NCBI GenBank assembly: GCA_035506675.1
Contig: DATJOX010000030.1
Coordinates: 14,796-78,795 of the forward strand
Origin: Methanomassiliicoccales archaeon
GTDB taxonomy: Archaea; Thermoplasmatota; Thermoplasmata; Methanomassiliicoccales; UBA472
Length of the DNA stretch: 64,000 nt
Reading direction: 5' to 3'
The notes beneath the pieces are model-generated. The model searched no databases, was not told the origin of the DNA, and saw nothing but the letters and a program-made list of their open reading frames with translations. A program made the position numbers and the translations under genes. This document shows positions 1 to 9,070 of this stretch, piece after piece. Position 1 is the stretch's first letter, and each line of letters starts with the position of its first letter.

Positions 1-182
1 ATCGACCAACCGGGGTGCACCCTCGAGCGGTATCCGAGCTCGCGCCCGAGCTTGTTGATGCTGCCTGCCTTCTCAATCCCTTCCTTGATCAGCATGACCC
101 GGTAGCTAGATGTCAGCCATATCTTGTTGGGGTCGAATTCTGGTTTGCCCAGTATGGCCCGTATCGTTGCAACGTCTGACAC
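1..182 (-). CDS. hypothetical protein, N-terminal part only (gene runs off the left edge)
   Basis: GTG at 182 is preceded by an in-frame TAA, and the frame is open to position 1. The translation VSDVATIRAILGKPEFDPNKIWLTSSYRVMLIKEGIEKAGSINKLGRELGY looks protein-like. It is too short for the ORF track. Confidence 0.3.
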   Translation of the reverse strand, partial: MSDVATIRAILGKPEFDPNKIWLTSSYRVMLIKEGIEKAGSINKLGRELGYRSRVHPGWS

Positions 183-444
183 GTTCCGCGATTATGTAGG
201 AGCGGTTATCAAACTTTCGTCATTTGCATTTTTGATTGTCGAACTTCGTATACGACAATCGCTTTATTCGGGTCGGGTGGTGTAAATGCGATCAACGCGA
301 CGAAACTTGCACGAACTCCTATCATATCGCATTCCTCCAAAGGCGCTCAACTCGAACCGGCGTTCTAGGCTCTGTTGACTTGGCACCCGGAGAGCGCCGT
401 GCCGCAAAACCCATATATCAATGTCAATTTAGCCACTTGACAAG

Positions 445-876
445 ATGGATACGTACAGGAAGGTTTTGAGCCTTCGAACAGAGGCCGAGGGGTGCATCGT
501 CGACATCACCAAGGACGTCGACTCAGCCGTCTCCGCCTCGAAGATGGACGAAGGGCTCGCATGTGTTTTCGTTCCCCACTCCACCGCGGCGGTGTTCGCC
601 ATCGAGCACGAGCCGGGGGTCGAGAAGGACCTCAGGGCGGCGCTGCAACGCTCGTTCCCGAAGGAGATCCGCTACGAGCACGATCAGGCCTGGCACGACG
701 GCAATGGGCACTCGCACGTGCGCTCCTCTCTCCTCGGTCCGTCGTTGACCGTCCCGTTCCACGCGGGCGCGCTCGACCTGGGCACCTGGCAGCAGCTGGT
801 GCTGATGGAGCTCGACAACCGTGGGCGGGAGCGCAAGGTCATCATCCAGATCATTGGTCAAAAGGTGAAGGGGTAA
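445..876 (+). CDS. YjbQ/UPF0047 family protein (secondary thiamine-phosphate synthase-like)
   Basis: 143-aa ORF. The pattern HSTAAV...EHE...D...H..GNGHSH.RSSL.G and the size are typical of the YjbQ family. Confidence 0.75.
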   Translation: MDTYRKVLSLRTEAEGCIVDITKDVDSAVSASKMDEGLACVFVPHSTAAVFAIEHEPGVEKDLRAALQRSFPKEIRYEHDQAWHDGNGHSHVRSSLLGPSLTVPFHAGALDLGTWQQLVLMELDNRGRERKVIIQIIGQKVKG

Positions 877-880
877 ACAA

Positions 881-2149
881 ATGAAACTCAAGTTCCTGGG
901 CGGAGCAGACGTGGTCGGGCGCATGGGCATGCTCCTCTACAACAAGGGAGCAACGCTCCTCTTCGAGTACGGCATGTCCGCGACCAAACCGCCCACGTTC
1001 CCGGACCCCGCGCCCCAGGTCGATCACGCTTTCCTCACGCACTGCCACCTCGACCACTGCGGCATGCTGCCCTGGCTGTGCGCGCGCTACGACGCCCGCA
1101 TCGCCGCCACGCCGTCGACGATCGCGGTCTCGCAGATCATCATGCAGGATTCGATCAAGGTCGCCGATTCCGAAGGGTATCCGAGGCAGTACCAGCCGGA
1201 GGACATCCGCAAGACGATGTCGGCGTTCTACCCGCTGGACTACGGCGACGTCATGGACGTCGGCGGTTTCGAGATCGAGCTTCACTCCGCCGGGCACGTC
1301 CCGGGCGCGGCGATGTTCGAGCTGCGCGGGGAGCAGACGACGCTGTTCACGGGGGACATGCACACTTACAACACCCGCCTGGTCTATGGCGCGCACCCGG
1401 TAAAGTGTGACAATCTCATAATGGAAGGCACGTATGGAGGACGCCTGCATCCAGACCGCTTGAAGACCGAGTACCAGCTCATCGAGAAGGTGAAAGAGGT
1501 AGTGGGTCGCGGCGGCAAGGTCATCATCCCCTGCTTCGCGGTCGGGCGCACGCAGGAAGTGATGTTGATCCTCAAGGACCTCAAGCTCGACATGTGGGTG
1601 GACGGGATGGGCAAGACCGTCAACCGCCTCTACCTGGATTATCCCGAGTACCTTCGCTCTGAGAAGGCGTTCAAACAGGCGCGCAATCGCTTCAACGAGG
1701 TGCGCACGCCGTCGGGGCGCGAGAGGGCGCGGAAAGGCGACGTGATAATCACGACGGGCGGCATGCTCGACGGCGGCCCGGTGCTCGACTACGTAAAGTA
1801 CGTGAAGGACGACCCCAAATCCGCGATCTTCATGACGGGATTCCAGGTCGAGGGGTCCAACGGGCGCATGCTGCTCTCGGACGGCAAGCTGATGTATCGC
1901 CGGCCGCAGGCGGCCGAGCTCTTGGTGCGGGAACAGCCCCAGGAAATGCGCGTGAAGTGCCAGATCCAGCAGTTCGATCTCTCGGCGCACGCCGACCACA
2001 ACGAGCTGATCGCGTTCGTGCGCGGATGCGACCCGGAGAAGGTCGTGCTCATGCACTCGGACCCGCCGGCGCGGCAGGCCTTGGCGAAGGACCTCGAGGA
2101 CGATTTCAAAGTGCTGCTCCCGACCAGCGGTCAGACCATCGAGATCTGA
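881..2149 (+). CDS. metallo-beta-lactamase / beta-CASP ribonuclease (archaeal CPSF-like, aCPSF2-type size)
   Basis: 422 aa with the HxHxDH motif (HCHLDHCG) near the N-terminus and a C-terminal beta-CASP-like part ending in LSAHAD and VLMHSD. Confidence 0.8.
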   Translation: MKLKFLGGADVVGRMGMLLYNKGATLLFEYGMSATKPPTFPDPAPQVDHAFLTHCHLDHCGMLPWLCARYDARIAATPSTIAVSQIIMQDSIKVADSEGYPRQYQPEDIRKTMSAFYPLDYGDVMDVGGFEIELHSAGHVPGAAMFELRGEQTTLFTGDMHTYNTRLVYGAHPVKCDNLIMEGTYGGRLHPDRLKTEYQLIEKVKEVVGRGGKVIIPCFAVGRTQEVMLILKDLKLDMWVDGMGKTVNRLYLDYPEYLRSEKAFKQARNRFNEVRTPSGRERARKGDVIITTGGMLDGGPVLDYVKYVKDDPKSAIFMTGFQVEGSNGRMLLSDGKLMYRRPQAAELLVREQPQEMRVKCQIQQFDLSAHADHNELIAFVRGCDPEKVVLMHSDPPARQALAKDLEDDFKVLLPTSGQTIEI

Positions 2150-2236
2150 AGAGGTCAGGAGTTCCCACGCCGCATCGCGGCCGGTCATTCCTCGGCAACT
2201 GCTTATAGGTCGCAATCGAATCCTAGCTCGAATTGC

Positions 2237-3244
2237 ATGAAGGCCAGTGGGTACGCGGCGATGGAGAGAGGGGCCGCGCTCCAGCCGTTCGATTTCGAGC
2301 TCGGGGACCCCGGCCCCTACGAGGTCGTCATCAAGATCACGCACTGCGGGCTTTGCCACAGCGACCTGCATTTCATCGATGCGGACCTCGGATACGTTTC
2401 CGCGTTCCCGCTCGTCCCGGGCCACGAGATCGTCGGAACGGTCGAGCGCGTGGGCGACCTGATGACCGAGGTGAAGGTGGGCGACAGGGTCGGAGTGGGC
2501 TATCAGTGCAAGGCCTGCCTCGACTGCGAATGGTGCCGCCGCAGCATGGAGAACTTCTGCAAGAAAAGGCAGGCGACGGTGTCGGGGCGGCCGGGTGGGT
2601 TCGCGTCCCACATCCGGGTCGACGGCCGGTTCGCCTATCCGATCCCGAAGGCGCTTGCGTCGGAGCACGCCGCGCCCCTCCTCTGCGCTGGCCACACGGT
2701 CTATTCGGCGCTGCGCAGGCACGGAGCGGGCCCGGACGTGCGCGTGGGGATCGTCGGGTTCGGGGGCCTCGGTCACATCGGGGTCTTGCTGGCGAAGGCG
2801 ATGGGTTGCGAGGTGACCGTCATCTCGTCCAACGTGGAGAAGAAAGCGGACGCGGAGAAGATGGGGGCCAATCGGTTCCTCAGCGAGAAGAACGAAGAGC
2901 AGATCGCACGGTGGAAGGAATCGTTGGACCTGATCGTCGACACCGCTCCCGGAGGCCCCAACGCAGAGAAGTTTTTCGACCTATTGCGGCCCAACGGGCG
3001 CCTGGTCGTCGTGAGCCGAGGCGCGAGCGAGATCCGCATCTCGTCGACCAGGATAATGGCTTCGCAGATGCAGATCGCCGGCAGCATCACCGGGGGAAGG
3101 GTGGCGATGACGGAGATGCTGAACTTCGCAGCGTGGAATGGCATCAAGCCCTGGGTGGAGGTCATGCCGATGGACCGCGTGAACGAGGCAATCGCGAGGC
3201 TGAGGGCGGGCAAGGCGCGCTACCGCATCGTGCTCACGAATTGA
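2237..3244 (+). CDS. zinc-dependent NAD(P) alcohol dehydrogenase (cinnamyl-ADH-like)
   Basis: 335 aa with CGLCHSD, GHEIVG, the structural-zinc Cys cluster CKACLDCEWC and a GFGGLGH Rossmann motif. Confidence 0.85.
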   Translation: MKASGYAAMERGAALQPFDFELGDPGPYEVVIKITHCGLCHSDLHFIDADLGYVSAFPLVPGHEIVGTVERVGDLMTEVKVGDRVGVGYQCKACLDCEWCRRSMENFCKKRQATVSGRPGGFASHIRVDGRFAYPIPKALASEHAAPLLCAGHTVYSALRRHGAGPDVRVGIVGFGGLGHIGVLLAKAMGCEVTVISSNVEKKADAEKMGANRFLSEKNEEQIARWKESLDLIVDTAPGGPNAEKFFDLLRPNGRLVVVSRGASEIRISSTRIMASQMQIAGSITGGRVAMTEMLNFAAWNGIKPWVEVMPMDRVNEAIARLRAGKARYRIVLTN

Positions 3245-3322
3245 GCCGTTTCGCGTCCTGATACCCAAGCCAGAATGCGCGAATTGCGTAAGTTTATATG
3301 GCGAGTGTGCGATTTCAATGCG

Positions 3323-4159
3323 ATGGACCGGATAAATGACTATCTCGAGGAGGACGTCGGCTTCGGGGACATCACCAGCGACATCCTGATCGGGGACGAG
3401 CTCGGCTCGGCACGCATCTCCGCCAACGAGGAATGCATACTCGCCGGCCTCGAGGAGGCGACCGCGGTCTTCGCGGAAATCGGGGTCAACACCTTCCCGA
3501 TGACCCGGGACGGTGAGCGAGTGGCCAAGGGCGAGGACGTGCTCGTGGTCGAGGGCTCGCTGAAGAAGATCCTTCTCGGCGAGCGTGTGGCACTCAACTT
3601 CCTTATGCGCATGAGCGGCATCGCGACGGCGACCAACGCCGTGTTGATGCAGTGCCGGAAGCAGAACCCGACGGTCAAGGTCGCGGGCACGCGAAAGACG
3701 ACTCCCGGGTTCAGGGTATACGAGAAGAAGGCCGTGGCCCTGGGGGGCGGGGACCCGCACCGCTACCGCCTCGACGACGCCATCCTGATCAAGGACAACC
3801 ATCTGCGGGTCGTGGGCTCGATCACTCAGGCGGTGGCGAAGGCGAAAGCGGTCTCCTTCACGAAGAAGATCGAGGTCGAGGTGGAGACGACCGAGCAGGC
3901 GGTGGAGGCGGCCAAGGCGGGCGCGGACATCGTCATGCTGGACAACATGAGGCCGGAGCAGGTCGAGGTCGCATACCTGGCGGTGAAGCGCCTGAACGAC
4001 GGGGCCCTGGTGGAGGTATCCGGAGGGGTCACCCCGGAGACCGCGCCGCAGTTCGCGAAGCACGCCGACGTGATCTCGCTCGGCTGGATAACGCACTCGA
4101 CGAAGGCCGCGCATTTCAACTTGACCGTGACGGCGGTCAAGACGCCGGAATCCACCTGA
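3323..4159 (+). CDS. nadC: nicotinate-nucleotide pyrophosphorylase (carboxylating)
   Basis: Contains ERVALNFL..MSGIAT, GTRKTTPGFR, KAVALGGGDPHR and LIKDNH motifs. The ORF opens at 3275, and the ATG at 3323 gives the usual length. Confidence 0.85.
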   Translation: MDRINDYLEEDVGFGDITSDILIGDELGSARISANEECILAGLEEATAVFAEIGVNTFPMTRDGERVAKGEDVLVVEGSLKKILLGERVALNFLMRMSGIATATNAVLMQCRKQNPTVKVAGTRKTTPGFRVYEKKAVALGGGDPHRYRLDDAILIKDNHLRVVGSITQAVAKAKAVSFTKKIEVEVETTEQAVEAAKAGADIVMLDNMRPEQVEVAYLAVKRLNDGALVEVSGGVTPETAPQFAKHADVISLGWITHSTKAAHFNLTVTAVKTPEST

Positions 4160-4165
4160 TCGGGC

Positions 4166-4999
4166 TCAGACGTTCAGCTTGGTCTTGTGATACTTCAGGC
4201 CGATCTCTTCTGGCTTCGCGCCGAACGCCAACGCGAGCAGCTCCGCCAGGTACAGCACCGGCATCCCGCTCCTCTGCCGGATATCGTATTGAACGAAGCA
4301 GAACGGGCAGGGGGTGAGGATGGCGTTCGCGCCGTCCTCGCGGAACCTCGTCACATTCTGCTCCATGACCGCATTGGAAATGCGATCGTCGACGCCCGCC
4401 AATCCACCGCCGCAACACTGCGGCCAGTCGTCGCTGTGGGCAACGCTCGCACCGGTCCAGGAGGCGATGGTAGCAATCATCTTCGGCTCGAATCTGCCCT
4501 CTGCCTGGAGAACTCGGCTGGGTCGCGTCAAATGGCAACCTGGGTGGATCGCGAGCTTGAACCGTTCCTGGGGAGCGATGACCTCCTTCCTCACCCTGGA
4601 CGAGCCCGTTTCGGCGATGATCTCGGAGAAATGCCGCACCCGCGCCCCTGCGTTGTAGAGCACCCCTGTGGGTGCCAATATGCTGTTCACCTGTTCCCTT
4701 ACGCTCTCGTCCTGCAGTCGATGCTGTGCTTCCTTGAGGGACATGAAGCATCCGTTGCAGAGCGACAGGATCTCCGCCTCGCGCTTCTCCGCTATCGAAA
4801 GCATGCGCGCCGTCGTCGCCAGCCAGGTGTCGTAGCCGAGGGACCTGAGCCCGATCGGCTCGACGCAGCAAGTCGGGTCGGGAAGGCGCTCGTATCGGAT
4901 GCCAAGGCGATCGAGAACGAAGCAGGACGAACGCTCCAGGAACGGCAGGCGAGCGGGTATCAGGCAGCCGGAGAAGAGGAGGTACCGCGTGTCACTCAA
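4166..4999 (-). CDS. hdrB: heterodisulfide reductase subunit B (two CCG domains)
   Basis: 277 aa with CCG-type Cys motifs (PTCCVEP, PQCCGGG, PCPFC). It overlaps the upstream hdrC stop by 8 nt. Confidence 0.85.
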   Translation of the reverse strand: MSDTRYLLFSGCLIPARLPFLERSSCFVLDRLGIRYERLPDPTCCVEPIGLRSLGYDTWLATTARMLSIAEKREAEILSLCNGCFMSLKEAQHRLQDESVREQVNSILAPTGVLYNAGARVRHFSEIIAETGSSRVRKEVIAPQERFKLAIHPGCHLTRPSRVLQAEGRFEPKMIATIASWTGASVAHSDDWPQCCGGGLAGVDDRISNAVMEQNVTRFREDGANAILTPCPFCFVQYDIRQRSGMPVLYLAELLALAFGAKPEEIGLKYHKTKLNV

Positions 5000-5579
5000 G
5001 TCTTAACCTCCCCAATCGAGTCCCGGCGACGATCAACTTCACTTCCTCGACCGTTCGCTGGTCGACCGCGAGGTCAGGGAGGCCAAGCTCCTTGCGGATC
5101 TTCCTCGTCATGCCAGTGATGGGGAATGAGAGGCCTGTCGCGAGGAAGAGCTTCGCCTCCTCTTTGAAATGGTCGGGAAGGTTGCCTTGCTCAGCGGCGA
5201 TGTTCCGCAGCAAGGTTATCACCTCCGCTGGGTCAGCGTCAAGCTCACAGCGCTCTGAACAGGAGTTGCACATCAGACACTGCCAGATCTGTTCGTCCGA
5301 AGCGGTGTCGAGCGTTCCGTTCGCCGCCCTCTCCAGCACTTCCCTGGTGCGGATGCCGCCGTTCTTCCCGCTGGGGCAGACCGCCGTGCACTGGCCGCAC
5401 TGATGGCAGCGCCAGAGCTCGAGGCGGGCGAGTTTCTCGGAACGCAGGCGTTCCTCTTCGACCAGAGGCGGTGGACGTCTCAACCCCTGCCAATCACCCC
5501 TACCGCTTATCTTGCTTTCCCCGCAAGCCCGACGTTCCTCCGAAAGGGTGAAATCGAACGTCCCCGGATGGAGGGTCAT
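4992..5579 (-). CDS. hdrC: heterodisulfide reductase subunit C
   Basis: Contains two ferredoxin-type motifs, CHQCGQCTAVCP and CLMCNSCSERC. The ORF extends to 5768, but the ATG at 5579 gives the normal size of about 195 aa and the upstream part is not protein-like. Confidence 0.7.
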   Translation of the reverse strand: MTLHPGTFDFTLSEERRACGESKISGRGDWQGLRRPPPLVEEERLRSEKLARLELWRCHQCGQCTAVCPSGKNGGIRTREVLERAANGTLDTASDEQIWQCLMCNSCSERCELDADPAEVITLLRNIAAEQGNLPDHFKEEAKLFLATGLSFPITGMTRKIRKELGLPDLAVDQRTVEEVKLIVAGTRLGRLRLE

Positions 5580-5787
5580 GGGCGATTGGATTGAGGAAGA
5601 GAAGTGCCAGTTCTGCGGCAAGCAGGCGAAGCAGTACGCGTTTGCTGCCTTCCTTTGCGATAGCGAGGAGTGCGTCGACAAGGCGCGCGAGGAGCGCGGC
5701 GGCCCGGGCGGGCACATGAAGGCGAAGATGCAGAAGAAGGAGCTGGTGCGTTTCGAGGAAGAGAGCAAATCGCACGAGAATGACTAG
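5578..5787 (+). CDS. small Cys-containing hypothetical protein
   Basis: MGDWIEEEKCQFCGKQAKQYAFAAFLCDSEECVDKAREERGG..., 69 aa with a CxxC...CxxxxC pattern. It is the inner part of ORF 5512-5787. Confidence 0.35.
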   Translation: MGDWIEEEKCQFCGKQAKQYAFAAFLCDSEECVDKAREERGGPGGHMKAKMQKKELVRFEEESKSHEND

Positions 5788-5872
5788 GTATTCACGGCGC
5801 CCAGACTTTTCGAGTACTCATTCTCCCTGAGTAACGATTAGTACATCCCACCGGCATAGAACGCTAGGGAAC

Positions 5873-7078
5873 ATGTCCAAGCTGCTGAGGCAGGGGGCGC
5901 TCGTCGAACTCGCGATCGCAGCCTCCGTCATCGTCATCTGGTCCCTCCTGATTCCATCGCTGTGGATATTTGGACCATACTTTGCCGCGCTGGCCGCGAT
6001 CGCCTTCTGGTTCCTGTACCGGTCTCCGGTCGAGGCGCCGTCTGGCGAAGTGAAGGTTGAGGCGTTGTCGCTTGCCTTGAGACTGAAGGGATACACCGTC
6101 AAGGAGACCAGCGACTGGTTGCTTCTCCGGGACAAGGAAGGGCGCGAGCTCGAGGTGCGGGTGCGCTACCGCGCGAACGGCGCGGTCGTCTACGCCAAAC
6201 CATCCAGCTCCTCGAACGCCATCTTGCTCATCCTCTTCACCCTAATACTAGGACCGCTCGCATTGGTGGTGATAATTGTCAGCATCTGGACGATGTGGAG
6301 AGCGGACCGATTGGCAGATACTATCCTGATCCCAATACTGTCGCAGCCGTTGCCGACCGCGTCATATCCCACCGATGACCCCCACCGCCAGCTCCTGGAG
6401 TCCCTCAGTCAGGCGAGAGCATTGGCCTCGGACGCCGAGAGGTCCGCGGTGTCGCTCCATCAGGACGTGGTGGGGTTGTCTATCATCGTGGCTATCTTCA
6501 CCTACATCTTCTTCTTCGCCGTTTCCGTCGTGGGCTCTCACCTCTCAGGACCGGCCGACCTGGCAATCTATCTGCCGATCGTCGTCGGTGTGGTATGCGG
6601 CGTGATTGTCTACGTTCTTTTCTCCCCGAAGCGGCGTCGCCAGATCCGTGAGCTCAGGCAATGGTTGTCACGGTTCGACATCAGCATCGCGGGGGAGATT
6701 GCCGGGAGCCCGCCTGAGCAGGGCGAGTCGAGCTTAGAGCTGCTGATGGTCGTGTTCGATCAGATACCGGCGTGGGTCAGGTTGAAGGGGAAGAGCAGAG
6801 CGACCCGACATCCGGTTCTCTGGATTGTTGGCTTGTTCCTGGTTCCGTGGGCGGCCTCTTTGCTCATCTCCGGCATCACAGGCATTCTCAACAACGGCCT
6901 CGATCTGACGTCGTTCGCGATCCTGGTCGTGGCGATCGGCCTGATGCTGGGTTCTTCGTTCGTCTACCATCGCATCGTCATGGAGGAGAAGGCGGAGGAG
7001 TACCGCACTGAGAAAGAGTGGGAGAGGAGACGCGAGTACCTCCGACAGCGCATCCAGGAGCAGTTGGAGGGGAACTAG
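5873..7078 (+). CDS. hypothetical multi-pass membrane protein
   Basis: 401 aa with several long hydrophobic segments and a charged C-terminal tail. No family recognised. Confidence 0.6.
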   Translation: MSKLLRQGALVELAIAASVIVIWSLLIPSLWIFGPYFAALAAIAFWFLYRSPVEAPSGEVKVEALSLALRLKGYTVKETSDWLLLRDKEGRELEVRVRYRANGAVVYAKPSSSSNAILLILFTLILGPLALVVIIVSIWTMWRADRLADTILIPILSQPLPTASYPTDDPHRQLLESLSQARALASDAERSAVSLHQDVVGLSIIVAIFTYIFFFAVSVVGSHLSGPADLAIYLPIVVGVVCGVIVYVLFSPKRRRQIRELRQWLSRFDISIAGEIAGSPPEQGESSLELLMVVFDQIPAWVRLKGKSRATRHPVLWIVGLFLVPWAASLLISGITGILNNGLDLTSFAILVVAIGLMLGSSFVYHRIVMEEKAEEYRTEKEWERRREYLRQRIQEQLEGN

Positions 7079-7163
7079 CCTGAGCGACGCCTCTGACCTC
7101 AATCGGCCTGATGTCTACGTTCTTGCGCGACTCCTTGAACGACTCTGGCGCGAGGGGCGCCCG

Positions 7164-7361
7164 ATGGTCAGAACGAGGCTGCAGGTGGCCGCGAACCTCA
7201 ACTATGACACGCTAGTGAGATACCTCGAATGGATGAAGATGAAGGGGTTCGTCGCATTCACCGTCGAGGACGGGCATAGCACCATAGTTTTGACGCAAGA
7301 GGGCGCAGCCGCCTATACGAAGGTCGTTGGCGTGGTCAATGAGGTGCTTCGCGGCTGCTAA
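7164..7361 (+). CDS. winged-helix DNA-binding protein (HTH_45-like)
   Basis: RTRLQVAANLNYDTLVRYLEWMKMKGFV...LTQEGAAAY resembles small archaeal wHTH proteins. The first helix seems to be encoded upstream of the ATG (see findings). Confidence 0.6.
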   Translation: MVRTRLQVAANLNYDTLVRYLEWMKMKGFVAFTVEDGHSTIVLTQEGAAAYTKVVGVVNEVLRGC

Positions 7362-8398
7362 CGTGCGAGCCTCGATTCTGCGAGCACATGAATGTCTACC
7401 AGGGGGAGCTTCGCTCTCGGCAGCAAGGGCAAGTTCTCGCTCATCGCGCAGCTCAGGTGGATCAGGCATTTCGGACAGGCGGTCACCATTCTGGAAGCAC
7501 CAGTTTCGGCGGCCTCCGCCAATCTCTCCATCTGCCAAGGCCTTGTCTCCGCCCCGCACTCCATCCACCCAGATACTCCGCAGCACGGCCCGAGCTGTCT
7601 CGAGCGGGGCATCTCTGTCAAGCTGCCGAGCGAGGAGACGATCTTCCTTGGTGGTTCGTACACCCCTAGGTGTCTCCCCAGGCGGCAAGGATCGTGGTAG
7701 GTGAGTGTCTCACCGTCCCTGCGAAGCTCGATCTTGCCTTCCTCGATGCCGTCCGTGAGCACTTCCAAGAGCGTTCTTACCTCGAACCCGAGCGGCCCGA
7801 CCACCCGGGGATAGAGGTCTCGGATGCTGGACGCGCACTCGGGGCAGAAGGTGACGACGGTGCTCGTGCCGACACGGTCGAAGGCCTCGACGTTCAGGTG
7901 CACCAACTTCTCGAACAGCTCATCGTCGCCCTCCCAGTAGGCGTCGTGCCCGCAGCATCTCTCGTCCCGGATCACTCTCGGCGAAATGTCCATCTGATTC
8001 AGGAGGGTCAGCGCTGAACGTGGGATGCCCAGAAGGTCGAGTCTCAGGTAGCGGAACAGAATGTCGAGGTACGGGGTGCATCCTACGAAGAGCAACGTTT
8101 CCGAATCGTCGTCAGTGCGCTGGCCCGGGAGGATCCAGCGCTGCCTGTTCGGAACGATGCCAGCGCGCGCGTTCAGGCTCATGATCTGGTAGGGGACGGC
8201 CCCGTGGTTCCTCTGTGGTTGGAGCTTCAAGGCCAGCTCCGGGCGGAGGGTGCGAATGTACTCGTGGAATCGTACGCCGTTCTGGCACACCTCGGTGCAC
8301 ATGCCGCAGTTCATGCACTGCCAGATGCCTCGGTCGGCGGGAACGGTTCCGTCAAGAAGGGTGTGCTCGACCACCTGCCGGGGCGAGAAGGGGCGCAT
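7358..8398 (-). CDS. HdrD-like Fe-S protein (ferredoxin motif plus two CCG domains)
   Basis: Contains CMNCGMCTEVCQ followed by CCG-type motifs (CCGHD, FCPEC, DPCRLG, GPCCG, CPKC). The frame stays open upstream to 8512 and encodes a further CIECGKCTYSCP motif with no canonical start codon. Confidence 0.8.
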   Translation of the reverse strand: MRPFSPRQVVEHTLLDGTVPADRGIWQCMNCGMCTEVCQNGVRFHEYIRTLRPELALKLQPQRNHGAVPYQIMSLNARAGIVPNRQRWILPGQRTDDDSETLLFVGCTPYLDILFRYLRLDLLGIPRSALTLLNQMDISPRVIRDERCCGHDAYWEGDDELFEKLVHLNVEAFDRVGTSTVVTFCPECASSIRDLYPRVVGPLGFEVRTLLEVLTDGIEEGKIELRRDGETLTYHDPCRLGRHLGVYEPPRKIVSSLGSLTEMPRSRQLGPCCGVSGWMECGAETRPWQMERLAEAAETGASRMVTACPKCLIHLSCAMSENLPLLPRAKLPLVDIHVLAESRLAR

Positions 8399-8468
8399 GC
8401 GCGATACAGGGCAGGAGTACGTACACTTGCCGCACTCGATGCATTTCTGCTCTCCGAAGGGCGTCGGC

Positions 8469-8891
8469 TCACGGGGCGTCCCGACCGCCCCCCAAAGGCC
8501 CCAGACTCTTGATCAATTCAGTGAATTCGTTGATGGTGTGCGCGAAGAGGTCTCCCTCGGAGGCCGAGACCCACTGCAGGAGGAGCCGATCTGGCTCGAT
8601 TCCTGCCAGCTCAATGATCTCCCTGACCTGTTTCACTCTCTCCTGCGCCTGGATGTTCCCGACCTTGTAGTGGCAGTCACCGGGGTGGCAGCCCAGGACC
8701 ATCACGCCGTCCGCGCCTGCCGTGAACGCGCGCATCATCATTCCTGCTGAGATCCGGCCGGAGCACATGACGCGCAGGATGCGCACCTCCGGTGCGTACT
8801 GCTTTCTGTTCACGCCAGCGAGGTCCGCTCCGGCGTAGGCGCACCAGTTGCAGCAGAACGCGACTATGTTGGGTCTCCAGTCGGTCGTCAT
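8469..8891 (-). CDS. mvhD: methyl-viologen-reducing hydrogenase delta subunit (MvhD)
   Basis: IVAFCCNWCAYAGADLAG...RVMCSGR...GADGV.V.GCHPGDCHY is the MvhD/FlpD signature. The ATG at 8891 gives 140 aa; the ORF opens at 9038. Confidence 0.8.
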   Translation of the reverse strand: MTTDWRPNIVAFCCNWCAYAGADLAGVNRKQYAPEVRILRVMCSGRISAGMMMRAFTAGADGVMVLGCHPGDCHYKVGNIQAQERVKQVREIIELAGIEPDRLLLQWVSASEGDLFAHTINEFTELIKSLGPLGGGRDAP

Positions 8892-9070
8892 TCGGTCTTC
8901 CCGCGCGGCTTCACACTTAGTTGCCTGTTCCGTGAAGAACCTTTGCATGCGTCGTTCCGTCGCGATGTGTTCGCATCGCTCACCAGCTCGGCGTCGTCCC
9001 GGTCCCGCCGGCACTTGCGGGCGGCCTTCGGATACCATTAAGTCCAGGGCGCTGCTGAAGGAAAGGGAGC

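Noticed and set aside
236-469. 77-aa ORF upstream of the YjbQ gene
   Set aside because: It has a TTG start in an AT-rich promoter-like region, an odd Cys/Arg-rich translation and no motif, so it is probably intergenic.
851-2776. 641-aa ORF on the minus strand
   Set aside because: It is antisense to the beta-CASP nuclease and ADH genes. The Arg/Ala/Gly/Pro-dominated translation has no motifs and is a typical shadow ORF of high-GC DNA.
2981-4114. 377-aa ORF on the minus strand
   Set aside because: It is antisense to the ADH and nadC genes, which have clear family motifs, and its translation is Arg/Leu/Gly/Asp/His-rich with no recognisable motif.
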